A stretch of 64,000 bases of DNA. It comes from Amoebophrya sp. A120. Taxonomy: Eukaryota; Protista; Dinoflagellata. Position 1 is the stretch's first letter, and the number at the start of each line of letters is the position of its first letter. The position numbers were made by a program, and so were the translations under genes. The DNA lies in assembly GCA_905178155.1 (NCBI GenBank), contig CAJINV010000001.1, positions 9,135,865 to 9,199,864 on the forward strand, given 5' to 3'. Below the pieces are notes generated by a model. The model ran no database searches, was not told where the DNA came from, and saw only the letters and a program-made list of their open reading frames with translations. Positions 1 to 10,999 of this stretch are shown here, piece by piece.

Positions 1-3000
1 GAATTTTTCCGAGCGATCCTGCGCGTTAGCAGATCGTTTTTTCTGCTGCCGTTCCGCACCTACCGCTGCACCGCCGGCGCTGTGGAGACGTGTACTTGAC
101 GTGTCTTCGCGCACGTGCGGTTGCTCGGCGAGATTTGCATTGGCGTTACGCCCGTCTCCCGACGGAGAGCCTGCAGCAGCTGCAATCCGATCGGTTTGTT
201 CTGACGTCTCGCTTTTCTCTGGTCCTCCTGCCAATGCCAAATTCCAGGGCAATACAAAAGGAAAGTGGTAGCAGGCCAGGTCTGCGTCGTCGCGACAGGC
301 GCGCAAAAGACCGGCGTACTGGGCGGTGGTTTGCACGGGGTTGAAGCTCACCTTGATCTGTTCGGCCGCTTGCTGGATTTCGCTGTCATGCAGCTTAGCG
401 AAGACCCACTTGCAGACGCGCCGCCAGCGCAGCCCGTTGGCACGGTAGGCAACGCGCAGGCACCGCTCTGGTGTCAGAAACGTTTCGCAGAAGTCCAAGG
501 CGCGTCGTTCTGTCCACTGGTGGTCGGTTACTGTGAATGATTGGAGTGAAGGTTTTCTTTCCAAGGGAAATCTTTGTGTCATTCGCCATAATTCTCGCAA
601 AAAGAGGAAACAAAGCCATCATAGAAAAAATTTCATTGCGGAAAAACAGTAAAAGTTCTACGGTAGTCTCGCCAAGACAAGTCCTCATCGTCGTCAGCTG
701 CCTCCTCAAATCCGCGAGAACAGGACGACCTCGACACGCCTCCAGGACTGCGTTCTCTCGCGCCGAAGCTAGGCCACCCAGACGCCGCATAGCCACCTTT
801 CTGCGAAAGTCCTACCGCACCTCGATCCGGTTCGTCGCAGCTCTCCCCCCGACAGCACAGGATCTCGAATGCAACCAGCCCCGTCTGCTCCACGAACGGC
901 TCCCTCGGCTGGTCCTCGGTAAGTACGTAGTCGAGGTACCGCAGAGCTTGTTCCGCATACTGCACCGCGGCCTCTGAAACATCCCACACGCTGTCGCCCT
1001 GCGTCACTTGGTACACCTCCTCCGTCAGTAGGGGCGGGAAAACCCGCTGCCGTATGCGGGACAGGTAACGCGCGGAGAGTTGTTGCTTTTGTTTCAAGGT
1101 TGCGGAAGATCCTGACGGGTCGTGAATGGTCGCAGTGCCTGTTGGAGGATGTTTATCCCCGCTGTCCATGTCGGCTAAAGTACCGGTGGAGCTGTTATTC
1201 AAGTTCTCATCCTCCTTTGTGACGACGTCTCTGAGGTTTTGCGCACTGACGTTGCCGACACTGCGATCCGTCTTTTGCCTGCTCGCAGCTGCTGCACCCA
1301 GCGGGGGCACAACCCGGCGCAGTTTGCAGTACAGATCCCAGTTAAGGTCCTGGTCTGTGACTTCAACTGCGCCACTCCTGTCGCCTGTAGCAGCACCATC
1401 CCCGCTCCAATGATCCGCGTCCGCGCTGAGATTGAGACACACGCGCTGCTCGAGACAGTCGAACGCAACGGATTTCACCGGCGCGGGTCCCGCAAGAAGC
1501 GGAAAGTTTGTGAGCACGCGGGGGGGTTCCTGTTGACGCAGCTCCAAGCGCTCCACGAGCTGTTTGAACTCATCGGGCACGACAAGTTCCTCTTCAATTT
1601 CCTCGGCAAACGACGACGAGGTGCCTTCCCTCACCAGCACATCCGCGTCGTCCACGAGAATAACGTCGGCCGCCCCACCGCTTTCGATTGCTTTGTCTTC
1701 CCGAAAAGAACCGCCAGCGGTTGATTCTGTGTATGTCTCGAAAAAGTTCAGAAGGCATTCCAGGTCCGGCAACCCGAACGCGCCCGGGTGCCGCACGCAG
1801 TACTCGGCCAGAATTTTGGCGGAAACGGAATTTGCGATCACAGCCTCGCTGCGCAGACAAAACGTGCGCACAAACTCCTGCATCGCGCAACCGCTCGGGG
1901 GAATCAGAAAGACCTGCACCCCGTCGTTGTGAACCACGACCAGCTGCGACGCAAGGACTGGTGCTGGGAACAAATGGTCGGAAATTTTCACGTTCTCCGC
2001 CAAGTGCACGTCTAGGATCTGGGTCGCGGGACTTTTGTCGGCTGCCTCTGAAGACCCTGATGCGCCGATCTCCAACTGAAAGAGCAGCGCAAAACTTTCG
2101 CGGGAGTAGACGGAAATTGTTCTCCCTAGACTCTTGTTCCAGGACACCAGGAAGCTCTTACTCACCCGGAGCGACCCCCAGGAAGCGCGGTTCTCGACTG
2201 GAAACCGCAGCGTGGACCGCACCTGGCCGGACTGCGGGTCGGCCACCCAAACGCGCCCGCTCAGTCGCGCGCAGAGCAGGAAACCCTCGGGCGCAAGCGT
2301 CCCCGTGTACTCACCCTCGTGCGGCTTGGATCCCACCGGCGTGATCTCCACTTGCGCCAGCGGCGCTTCGCCGGCCGCGGAAATCGTGCGCGCCGCCGCC
2401 AGGCCGTCGAGGTCGAGGGTGCTGGGCTTGTGCAACAAGAAAACGCGTGCTCCGGTGGAAACAATCAGCAGGCCGGCGCGCGGCGCCTCCATACGAATAA
2501 CTCCCGTGGTACACTGCTCCGCCGGCAGTTGCACGGCCCACTGCAAGAGCTCAGAAGGTCGTGCAGGCTGTGCGTCCGAACGTGGTGCAGTTCCTGCACT
2601 ACACGTGCTGTCTTTCGGAATGGAGAAACAGGCGAGCACGCGGCTACGAAAAGCTACAAAAAGGCACAGGTCGTCCACGCTCGCAGCCGTCGTCAAAAAA
2701 AGGTCTGTGGCGTCTACCCAGGCGGCGCCGATGCACATGGAAACCACAGTATCCTCCTCCGCGCCCGCGGGGGCCCATGGAGCCTTCAACGCGGGAAGTG
2801 GTGCAGCCACTGTCTGTTCCCGCCCCGCAGTTGCAGTAGACACGAGATACGCAGAAGCGACAGACTGCGGGTCGGCAATCTCCAGAACTGGATAATGCTC
2901 TCTCGCTTGTTTTCTTGCGTTACGATCCGCAGATGACGCCGAGGCAGGTGCGGGGTGCAAAACGTCGGGAAGTAGAAATATTGTTTCCGATGAGTGTTCG

Positions 3001-3392
3001 GTCTCGGCCCTTGTAGCTGAGGTGGAGGTCTTAGTGTTGTTCCTACTTCTGCTCACTAGCACCGCGGCGGCACCACGCGCATGCGCAGCTATCGAAACCA
3101 CGCGGTTGCTTGCGTCAGAATCGTGCGACGCAGACAGCAGCGACCCAATCGTTTCGTCCGGACATAGTTCTTCTGCAGCTTTGTTCTCTCCGCCGGTAGT
3201 TGCGCACAACCAACTCCGGCGGTGCAGCTCCTGCGTTTTGTCATCGCAGAAGATGAGGGAGTCCTCACCGAGGGCTGCGGCACAGCTGACTGCGCACGGT
3301 CCGAACCCATGTTCGAACAGTGCATACGAATCATGAATGCGTACAAGCTTCCGCTGCGAACCACGCACGGAATCTCGGGAGAGATGAAGCAT
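1..3392 (-). CDS. HPS5/TECPR2-like WD40 beta-propeller protein (3' end runs off the window); exons 3392-662 and 530-<1
   Basis: 919-aa ORF with motif LLCARLSGRVWVADPQSGQVRSTLRF, resembling the HPS5/TECPR2 'CARPGSRLW..GEV.ST..F' blade. GT-AG intron 661-531 rejoins an open frame to position 1 (…HFPFVLPWN…). Confidence 0.55.
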
Positions 3393-4007
3393 GATGGGAC
3401 ACTTAGTACACTAGTTCATTTCATCGTAGCAACGATACGATGCGTAGCGACAGATGCACGAAATCGAACTATTGCACCACAAGCGAGCGAACTACAAGCT
3501 GAGCGACAGATGAAGAGGACTCACGACCTTGATGGCTCCAAAAAAAAAAAGGCTGCGCCCACAAAAGAGAGCGCAGAAGAAAAGTGGCACTTTCGGGGAA
3601 AAATGGGATCGACAAAAAGTAGATCGCCGGAAAGTAGATCCTTCGATGAACAGCAGAAACGTGACGGCCTAATTGTCTCCGCAGTTTAGAGACAGTAATC
3701 TCTCTTGTTTTTTCCTTTCTTTATTGAGGACCAACAAACCGCACACCAACGACGCAGTCAAACTGGTCGGAAATGTTTCTTGTTTCACCTGCAGCATCGC
3801 GTTCTACGCGAGATCCATCCCGAAGATTTCTTGCAATGTAAAACTTGTTGCACTTTCATCAAAGTCGTTATTTGCCTCCATTGACCATTGTCATAGTCCG
3901 ACGATATTTTAGATGAAAGGCGCTACAAGCTTTCTTTTACTTCAGCGAAATAGTACACATCAAAGGCGTCGCTCCCACGTGTCTCTTGCACCGCGGAATG
4001 GAAAAGC

Positions 4008-4068
4008 GTGCCTCATCACTAGAAAAATGTTGAATCAGGTTTTAAAATCGCCTAGCTCACGATGCCAC
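4008..4068 (-). promoter_or_regulatory. Candidate SECIS element (GUGA type) in the SelW 3' UTR
   Basis: Minus strand reads GTGGCATC-GTGAG-CTAGGCGATTTT-AAAA-CCTGATTCAACATTTTT-CTAG-TGAT-GAGGCAC: a TGAN/NGAN quartet, CTAG/CTAG pairing and an apical A run 12 nt from the core. Upper helix II is imperfect. Confidence 0.55.
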
Positions 4069-4232
4069 AGGTTGTGCCAAGATACGCTTAAAAAGTTGTT
4101 TCTTAAAAAACTTTATGTAAGTGTGTTTCATGCCAGTACAAGTTGCACGCGAAGCGTTTTTTTGAATGCCACGATCATACCCGGCATTGCTGGCAGGTAA
4201 ACACTCCTCCCTTTCTTTCCCCGGCATCGTCC

Positions 4233-4665
4233 TTACTTGTCACACTCCTTCATGACTGTTTCTGCGACGAGTCCAAATGTGTTGTCATTCTGATGCAGAA
4301 ACCCCTGGTTTTTCGTCTTCTTGGAGTGGAGAAGGTTTCCGTTCACCTTCACCTCGAAGTTGCCTGTTGATATTGTTCATGTTTCTTTCATGAACAGCGC
4401 GCTTCGTTCTAATCCAAATCATCGTGCGAAATACATTGCCAGACACCTGGATTGCGTGCACAGAAGCGAATTGAAGGGAGATTGATATTTAAGTGGTACC
4501 GGTAACTCCCGGATCTGCAACAACATCCCATTTCAGCTTTTTCACGTCTACCCCTTCGGGCGCCAGCGCGGCCTCCAGCTTTTCCCGGGCCGCAACATAG
4601 TGCCGTTTGTAGCCTCAGCCTCCGCAGTACTGCACGGAAATCGTTACACCCTCCTCGCCCGGCAT
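4233..4665 (-). CDS. SELENOW: Selenoprotein W / Rdx-family selenoprotein, 98 aa, 2 exons (4665-4500, 4363-4233), Sec codon TGA at 4617-4615
   Basis: Manual translation: MPGEEGVTISVQYCGG*GYKRHYVAAREKLEAALAPEGVDVKKLKWDVVADPGVT|GNFEVKVNGNLLHSKKTKNQGFLHQ... This gives the CxxU motif and the SelW GxFEV/LHSKK/GF motifs. GT-AG intron 4499-4364. Confidence 0.93.
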
Positions 4666-5484
4666 GATATTGTTCGTCTTTTCCGCCGGTAGCGAAGAAC
4701 GAAACCGGCTCTGGTCCCGGGTAAAGTAGTGCTGCTGACAGACAACTGGTCCGCAAGGACGACGGAAAGCGCGGCGCAACAAGATTTTGTGGCTTGGGAA
4801 ATCAAAGGGTGGAATATCAAACTTTTACTTTTCTACGAAAGAACTATTTTTACTGCACAATCTATCAACAAAGAAACAAAAAATTCTCTGCAGTGTAAAG
4901 CCAACTTGACGGGGTTTGACACTTTAATATACACAGCTAGAATCGTCGCTACCCAGAGCAACTGGGTTTCTTCTTTCCGGTGAACTCTAATAGGAGGAAG
5001 TAGCTTCGGAAGAAATTGGTAAGCTACTGACCGTGATTGATCTTACCGCCCTGCAGAAAAAATTAGGTGTGCAAAAGGATCGCAGTTTCTCGCTTTCAAA
5101 GCAAAATAAAAGCCTTGCGATTCTATCAGTTCTTCTTTCTAGCTGCACTCGATCGCTCTATCGCAGAAATTCAAATGAACCGACCATGACAGTTGCCTTG
5201 GGTTCCATGCCGAACACAGTTGAAGTGTGCACAACTCAAATTGCTAAGTACGGTAAGAGCTTTCTCTGCGAGGCTCGGATGCTGTTCTTACATATCTTTA
5301 ATTGTGCGCGAAATGGTGTTCAAGAAACGTGTGAGTCTATCTTTTTTGCTGGCTTTGTTGGTGATGACACGCCAGCAATCATACTTTGCAAAATCTAGCA
5401 GGGGCGTAACACCAAATCCGCCTGACAAGCACAGCGAAACCACATTCGAAATGCAAAATTTAGATTCCCAAAACGAAACTTTGC

Positions 5485-7841
5485 TTACAGCCGAAAATTG
5501 GTGGTCGACGACTCTGCGACGCTGCGGAAGTCGGTATGCAATACAAATTTCCCGCCCATGTACAAGATGCATCACAAATTTCACCAATTTGGAGTGTGAC
5601 ACTTGTCATGCTAAACTAGGATCGAAGCCCAACTTTGTCATGCAGAAACTGCATTTGTACGTGTACGGCAAAATTACTTTGGATAGTCGGACTCCTCACG
5701 CACGAGCAGCTCTTCAAGATCCACCCCGGTTCCGCCAACGCCATCTGTATTTTTTAGAAATGTTACTGTTATGTTGTACTTCCAATCACGGCATTAGTCC
5801 GAGAAAATCTAGTTTCTTGTTCCGCTTGATGTTGTTGAAAAACAAATTATACACTTCACGCCCCCTAGTGGTCCTCATTATACCTGCCGCCGATGTGCCC
5901 TTGCTGGTGCCCTCGTGCCATGCCACGAAGCTGTTCGGAGGTCGGTCGCCCACAGCTTCCCTGCGCTCGGAATACTCGCTGCGCTCCGACATGTTGTACG
6001 CTGCGGCCCAGGGCCGCGGCCTTCGCTCGTCCAGCGGAAGGGCACTGCCGGGAGTATGCGAACAAGAGCCCTGTTGAAAATAAATGTTGTGCGATGAACA
6101 TAAAACCCTGTCCGGATAGTTTTTTCGCGATGAACTCTCACAGCTTTTGAAAAATAATTGAAAAAAAAACCGCCTTCTACCTTCGCAGTCGAATATCCGC
6201 CGGGCGAGGAAACATTTTCCACCCCCAATCCTCGCCCCCCTCCTCGGTCGTAGGGCGAGGGACTCCGCGACCCTACCGGCGAGGTAGACCCGGGCGAGCC
6301 AAAGGCCTGCCGGAGCGCGGGGTTGGCCAGGAAGCTGCGCGTCAGTTCCACTGCCGACTGCCCGTCCCGCTTTCGTCGGCGGTGGTGCGCAAAGGGCGCG
6401 GGTCGGCTGCTGTAGCTGGGCGGTTGGTAGCTCGGCTTCTGTTGTTCCACGGTTGTGCTACCCGGGCCGCGAGTGCCTGGTTTGTTGAGGAGTGAACCGA
6501 TCATGGAGGATGGCCATCCAAAAAAAAAAAAACACTTTTTGTTAACGCGACGAATAAAAGCGTAAGCCAAAACAGTTTCAACGAAATATTCCAAAAATAC
6601 TTGGAAACGACACCGACCAAGCTTTCGGACTTTTCGTGCACTCGTTCAATGCGTGCACACAATCCGCGGAATCCACACCTAGACTGGAAGAAGCGTAGCT
6701 CGCAGGTTCCTGTGAAGACGATAATCATAATTTGCATCATCTCGAGCAGAATCAATATTACAATCAGTTGCCTGCGCTGCACTTGCACGTGTCATGCGAG
6801 AATCAATTCAAGGTTTGCTGCGAGAAAAAAAATTCATCTCCTTCTAGTTTCACTTACCTGATATCCCGGGTCATAATACCCGTTGTTTTTATTTCGAAAA
6901 TCCCCACCGTGCAAAAACTCTTCTCGTAGCGTCTGGCCGCCCACGACCGGCCCGCGTCTGCTGGACGGCATTGCCCCGCCTCGCTCGCCCCCTCTGCTTA
7001 TCGCGTTTCGTATTCTTTGTTCGCGCTTTTTCGCCTTCTCCCTGCGGAAGCGCTCGATGATCTCTTGCTCGGTGAAGGAGGAGGAAGAGTAAGTGGAATC
7101 CTCCTCCAATATCGGCTCCGGCCGCTTTCGCTCCCGCGCCTGTCGCAGATTCCGGTCCCGGATCTTCTTCAGCTGGTAGTCCGCGGCGGTTAACACTTGC
7201 GTCCGCTGTCGCGCCTTCTTCTCCCCCTGGTCGCTCCACCACGTGGGGTACACGCTCGCTTTGGTTTGCGCCTCGTCGGGCTCGTACACCGTCTGCGTTG
7301 GGAACGAGGGCGTGGACTTGTCGTGCGGGCCGCGCGGGCGGTACACCTCCTTTTGCCCCGCGCGCCACTGGCCGTTGGGCTTTCGGTAGGCACAAACTTT
7401 CTCGCCCCACGCGCCGCGGAACAGCTCCGGTTGCAGCTGCTTCGGCCACTCCTCCTCATTGGCGCAAAAGCGAAGGAGATTCTCCAGGTCCTCCATGGAC
7501 CACACAACATTGTCATTGTTCCCCGGCGTGCGCGGCTCGGCGGAGGAATTGCGATTTGCGGAACTGCCGTCTGCTGTACCGCTTGTTTCTGCATCCTTGC
7601 CTTGCTGCTTTTTGTTGCCCGCCTTCTTGCTTCCGGCTAACATCGAGGGTGTAGTAGTACTTGTGTGATTATTTCCGCTGTACTGCAAGGCGTAGATGCC
7701 GAGCAAAACCATGGTCTTCACAACGTGCGGCCACACGTCTTCGGAGTAATGGCTCAGGAAATTCCGCAGGGTCCGGTTGGAAAGCCATGACTGCAACTCC
7801 ACAAGATGCGGATCACCTAGACGGTGCGAGAGAATCACCAT
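5485..7841 (-). CDS. Uncharacterised multi-exon protein (about 6 exons: ~7841-6858, ~6709-6601, ~6476-6181, ~6071-5884, ~5744-5678, 5521-5485)
   Basis: 335-aa first-exon ORF. Successive GT-AG introns (GTAAGT, GTATTT, GTAGAA, GTATAA, GTAATT donors) join in frame to a TAA at 5487-5485. No domain recognised. Confidence 0.6.
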
Positions 7842-8392
7842 GGTGGTAGGTGGAGCGTTGTTTTCTGCTGCCTTGTAGTATTCACTGGTGCAGTTTTTCC
7901 GGCGGATTCGATTCGAAGCAGCAGCTCCTGTGCTGCTGGCCCAAAGCTTCCCTATCAGGAAGACGAAGCAGAGTGGAACGAACAGGGCATTTTGATTTCG
8001 TGCCTTTAAGATAGTATGTGATTGAAACTGATAGAAGCTGTTCCTGCCAAAAGGATAGTCAGAACTGTTCTGGCGAAACTAAAAGAAACAGCATTTGGTG
8101 GCACTGCTGCCCTCCTCAGACTTAACGCCCGCACGTGTTTGTGATTGCTTCCTCAACTTAACCGCCTTCCGTCCCCCTTGAACAGCACACACATCTAAAC
8201 TCACGCGACGAAAACGCCGGCGTTCGCACGCAGCGAAAAGTGCTTGCGTCCCCGTTGGTTTTGCAGCCTAGCAGTCTGGTGCTTCTTCAAAAAAACCCGT
8301 CTCTTCGACGAGAAACTTTGTTGTTTCCTCGCGCAAAAGCAAAACCGTAAATTGTGCCAAAATCGAGAAAATAAACGTCGCAAGATTTTTCA

Positions 8393-10355
8393 TCACGTGC
8401 TCGCACTGCTTTTCCCTGCTTCCACTTCCTGCTTGAGGGTTGGATTTGTAAAGAAATGCCCGGCAAATTTCAGAACGTCGTCTGGTTTCTCGTGCAGGGC
8501 GGCGTTCACGATATCAAATGTAAAAATGTCTGGGTCTGGAAGATTGACGCCAGCTTTGTCATGCATACAGTGAGTGACCCATGATGTCTGTGATGCATGC
8601 CTTAGCATCACAGATTTTTAGAGGACTTTGCGATGCCTCTACCGCATGAGAAATGCCCTCTCCACGTAGCACAAACTGGAGTCCTTATGCTGATCATGCA
8701 ATACAAATTTTTCTAGACTCCAGAGACAGCATTACAAGTTTAGAATCTTCCAGACCCAGACATTTTTACACTTGATACACGAACTTCCCCAGCAAATCCT
8801 GGATCTCCGGGTGCTCCCGAAGATACTATCCTGAGTAAAAACGTACCCACACCAGAGTCAGGATGGGGATTTTTTTTTTTTTGCCCGGCCCCCAATTATT
8901 AATTTCAGATTCAGATTCAGATGCGCTTTCCGCTCGTGATTCGGCGGGGGTTACGCCGTGTACAGCAGGTCGACACTGCCAGGAAAATCGATGTGCGCGC
9001 CGCATTGGTCCATACAAATCAAAACCCTAAACCCGTCGGAAACATAAATCCGTGCATGCCAGCAGGGGGGTCACCCCTGAACCCTTTTTCGAACTCGGAC
9101 CGGACACACGCATAGAAAATCCCCACGATATAGTTAACGTCTATAGCCGTAAGCCGCGGCGGACGTTGCTATGCTGTGGGACGAATAGCAAAGGGAGGTT
9201 GATATGGGTCGAGACTAAGCGCGATGTGCAGAAAGCCGCTGCACCTGACGGTAGTAAAGATAGGGAGGAGACCACTGTGTATGGAGATAATTGCGCCTAG
9301 TGCGCGTTAATCGGGATCTATGTAAACGCGGATACTGGGAACGCCCTATGCAAACGGGTTTTGCAAACCCGCGTATGTAAACGCGGATACTGGGAACGCC
9401 CTATGCAAAATTTTTCAATTTTCAACGATTGTGTGACGGCGGGAACGGCACCCGCCCGCTGTGCTTAATAATGCGCTCCCACGCGCGAATTTCCTTTCAT
9501 TTTTTGCATCACACATGGCTAAATATTTAACCCCCTAAGCCAACACCTTTTTCTCGTCTTCTGCTGCCCTCACGCAACAGAACTACTCCTGAAGCGCGGG
9601 AACAATCCTTATTATTATTCTAGTCGGGGCGGTGGGCGTTTCCAAAAATGTGAAGAACCCCGCCCGCCCACCTTGTTATTCACATATAAGGAATTGCGCA
9701 GGTATACGGCATTTTTTCCCGATTTCTTACATTCGTCGCCCGGTCTTGCAGGGCTCTCGCCCTGTTGGCACTTGAGCGGCATGCTGCTGGAAAAATGGCG
9801 CGCAAATCCTTTTTGGAGATTGGCTGTGTACATCCTATCGCCTTTGGACGCTTACATTTTTAGACAAAAGCTGTTGTACATATTTTATTTTGAGTCAGGA
9901 TGGGGATTTTGCAACACAAACCTAGGAGTTTTGTGAGTCACGCATGACAAGTTGCGCTATGCAGTGTAGTGCAGGTTAGCAAGTGCAGCCGCGTCACAGA
10001 TTCATCTGCTCATCCTGTTCACAGCATCACAAATTCCAAAACACGATTGGAAATGGCTCTCATGGGGATGCGCATTACGCGTCTTCCTGTCTTTGCAAAT
10101 CTGCATTACAACTCTGGTGTGGGTACGTTTTTACTCAGGATAGATACTTCTCGTTCTTCATTTGCTGTGCGACCTGGTAGGAGGGTTTTTTTCTTTTGGG
10201 TTTGACGTACCGTAATAAACGAGTATCGGCAGAAGAAAACGCAAGAGGAGCACCGCTTTGCACAAACGACAACAAAGAAAATCTACCTTAGCACTGTCAA
10301 CGGTGCTTTGCTGGTCCGCATTCAGCACCCCGGAAGCACTTCCAGACGCGCTCAT
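8393..10355 (-). CDS. RIIa (PKA dimerisation/docking-like) domain protein, RIIAD1-like, 85 aa; exons 10355-10287, 10173-10143, 8821-8778, 8506-8393
   Basis: Removing one GT-AG intron and two TIR elements (each with one TSD copy) gives MSASGSASGVLNADQQSTVDSAKVAQQMKNEKYLREHPEIQDLLGKFVNAALHEKPDDVLKFAGHFFTNPTLKQEVEAGKSSAST. NEKYLREHPEI…KPDD..FA..FFT is typical of RIIAD1. Confidence 0.85.
8512..8777 (-). mobile_element. Introner/MITE family A, copy 1 (266 bp), non-canonical intron of the RIIAD1-like gene
   Basis: 34-bp TIR TATCAAATGTAAAAATGTCTGGGTCTGGAAGATT (8512-8545 / 8744-8777, 1 mismatch). 5-bp TSD CACGA at 8507-8511 and 8778-8782. Confidence 0.95.
8871..9891 (-). mobile_element. Poly(A)-tailed non-LTR retro-insertion (SINE-like or truncated LINE 3' end), ~1.02 kb, nested in the family B introner
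   Basis: Direct repeat GAGTCAGGATGGGGAT(TTT) at 8855-8870 and 9892-9907 flanks the insert. A T-run at 8870-8882 is a poly(A) tail on the minus strand, preceded by (TCTGAA)3. No RT ORF recognised. Confidence 0.8.
9319..9409. repeat. 36-bp perfect direct repeat separated by a short hairpin
   Basis: TATGTAAACGCGGATACTGGGAACGCCCTATGCAAA at 9319-9354 and 9374-9409. Spacer CGGGTTTTGCAAACCCG is self-complementary. Confidence 0.9.
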
Positions 10356-10999
10356 GATGTGTCTCAATTCTTGGTCGTACACTGTATAAATATTGATGTT
10401 CACTGTAGCTCACATGCTAAGATGAATGCGGACGCTCCGTATTCTCTCAACCCGCTCAGCGGCGCTTCGACATACTCGGAAAAGTGTACTCTCTCCCGCT
10501 CGTTGATCACTTCTGAGGAGAGGCCACTTTCATGACAACTCTGCAATATGTCACCTTGAACGCCCTTCAAAGGCTGCAAATGCCTTTGTTTTGCAATCCG
10601 CGTCACGATTTTTCCGTGGGCAGTGATGTTGCGGTGCTAGCGATTACGACCCAAAACTGAAGTCCCATCCACATAGAATTTTTTACTCCTGCGAGCAAAC
10701 TACAGCCTTTGGTAGTTACAGCACATTAGACCTAGCCTGACACAGACAAGCTCAGCGGGCAAATTTGAAACAGTAACGATACATTGACTGCTGCCGGTGC
10801 AAAATTGAAACTTGTCCTTACCTACGACAGAGCAAAACCGTTTCAGCTAAAACACAAGCTCAGCTAGCAGTTACTTCTAGAGGAAGTATTTTCACTATCT
10901 GAATCTCCATAAATTGATTGCTCGGTTCATTATTTCTGTGATATATTTTTCACGTGTAAGGTTCATTTTTTATCCGGGAAAAGCTTGAGTTCAAAAACA

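Larger units (their letters stand above)
8827..10142 (-). mobile_element. Introner/MITE family B (279 bp once the nested insertion is removed), non-canonical intron of the RIIAD1-like gene
   Basis: Perfect 32-bp TIR TATCCTGAGTAAAAACGTACCCACACCAGAGT (8827-8858 / 10111-10142). 5-bp TSD GATAC at 8822-8826 and 10143-10147. Confidence 0.93.

Noticed and set aside
5193-6077. 294-aa plus-strand ORF
   Set aside because: Antisense to a spliced minus-strand gene and crosses its introns; no protein-like motifs.
10530-10700. Weak echoes of introner motifs (CATGACAAC, TTTTTTACTCC) upstream of the RIIAD1-like gene
   Set aside because: No TIR pair or TSD; matches too short to support.
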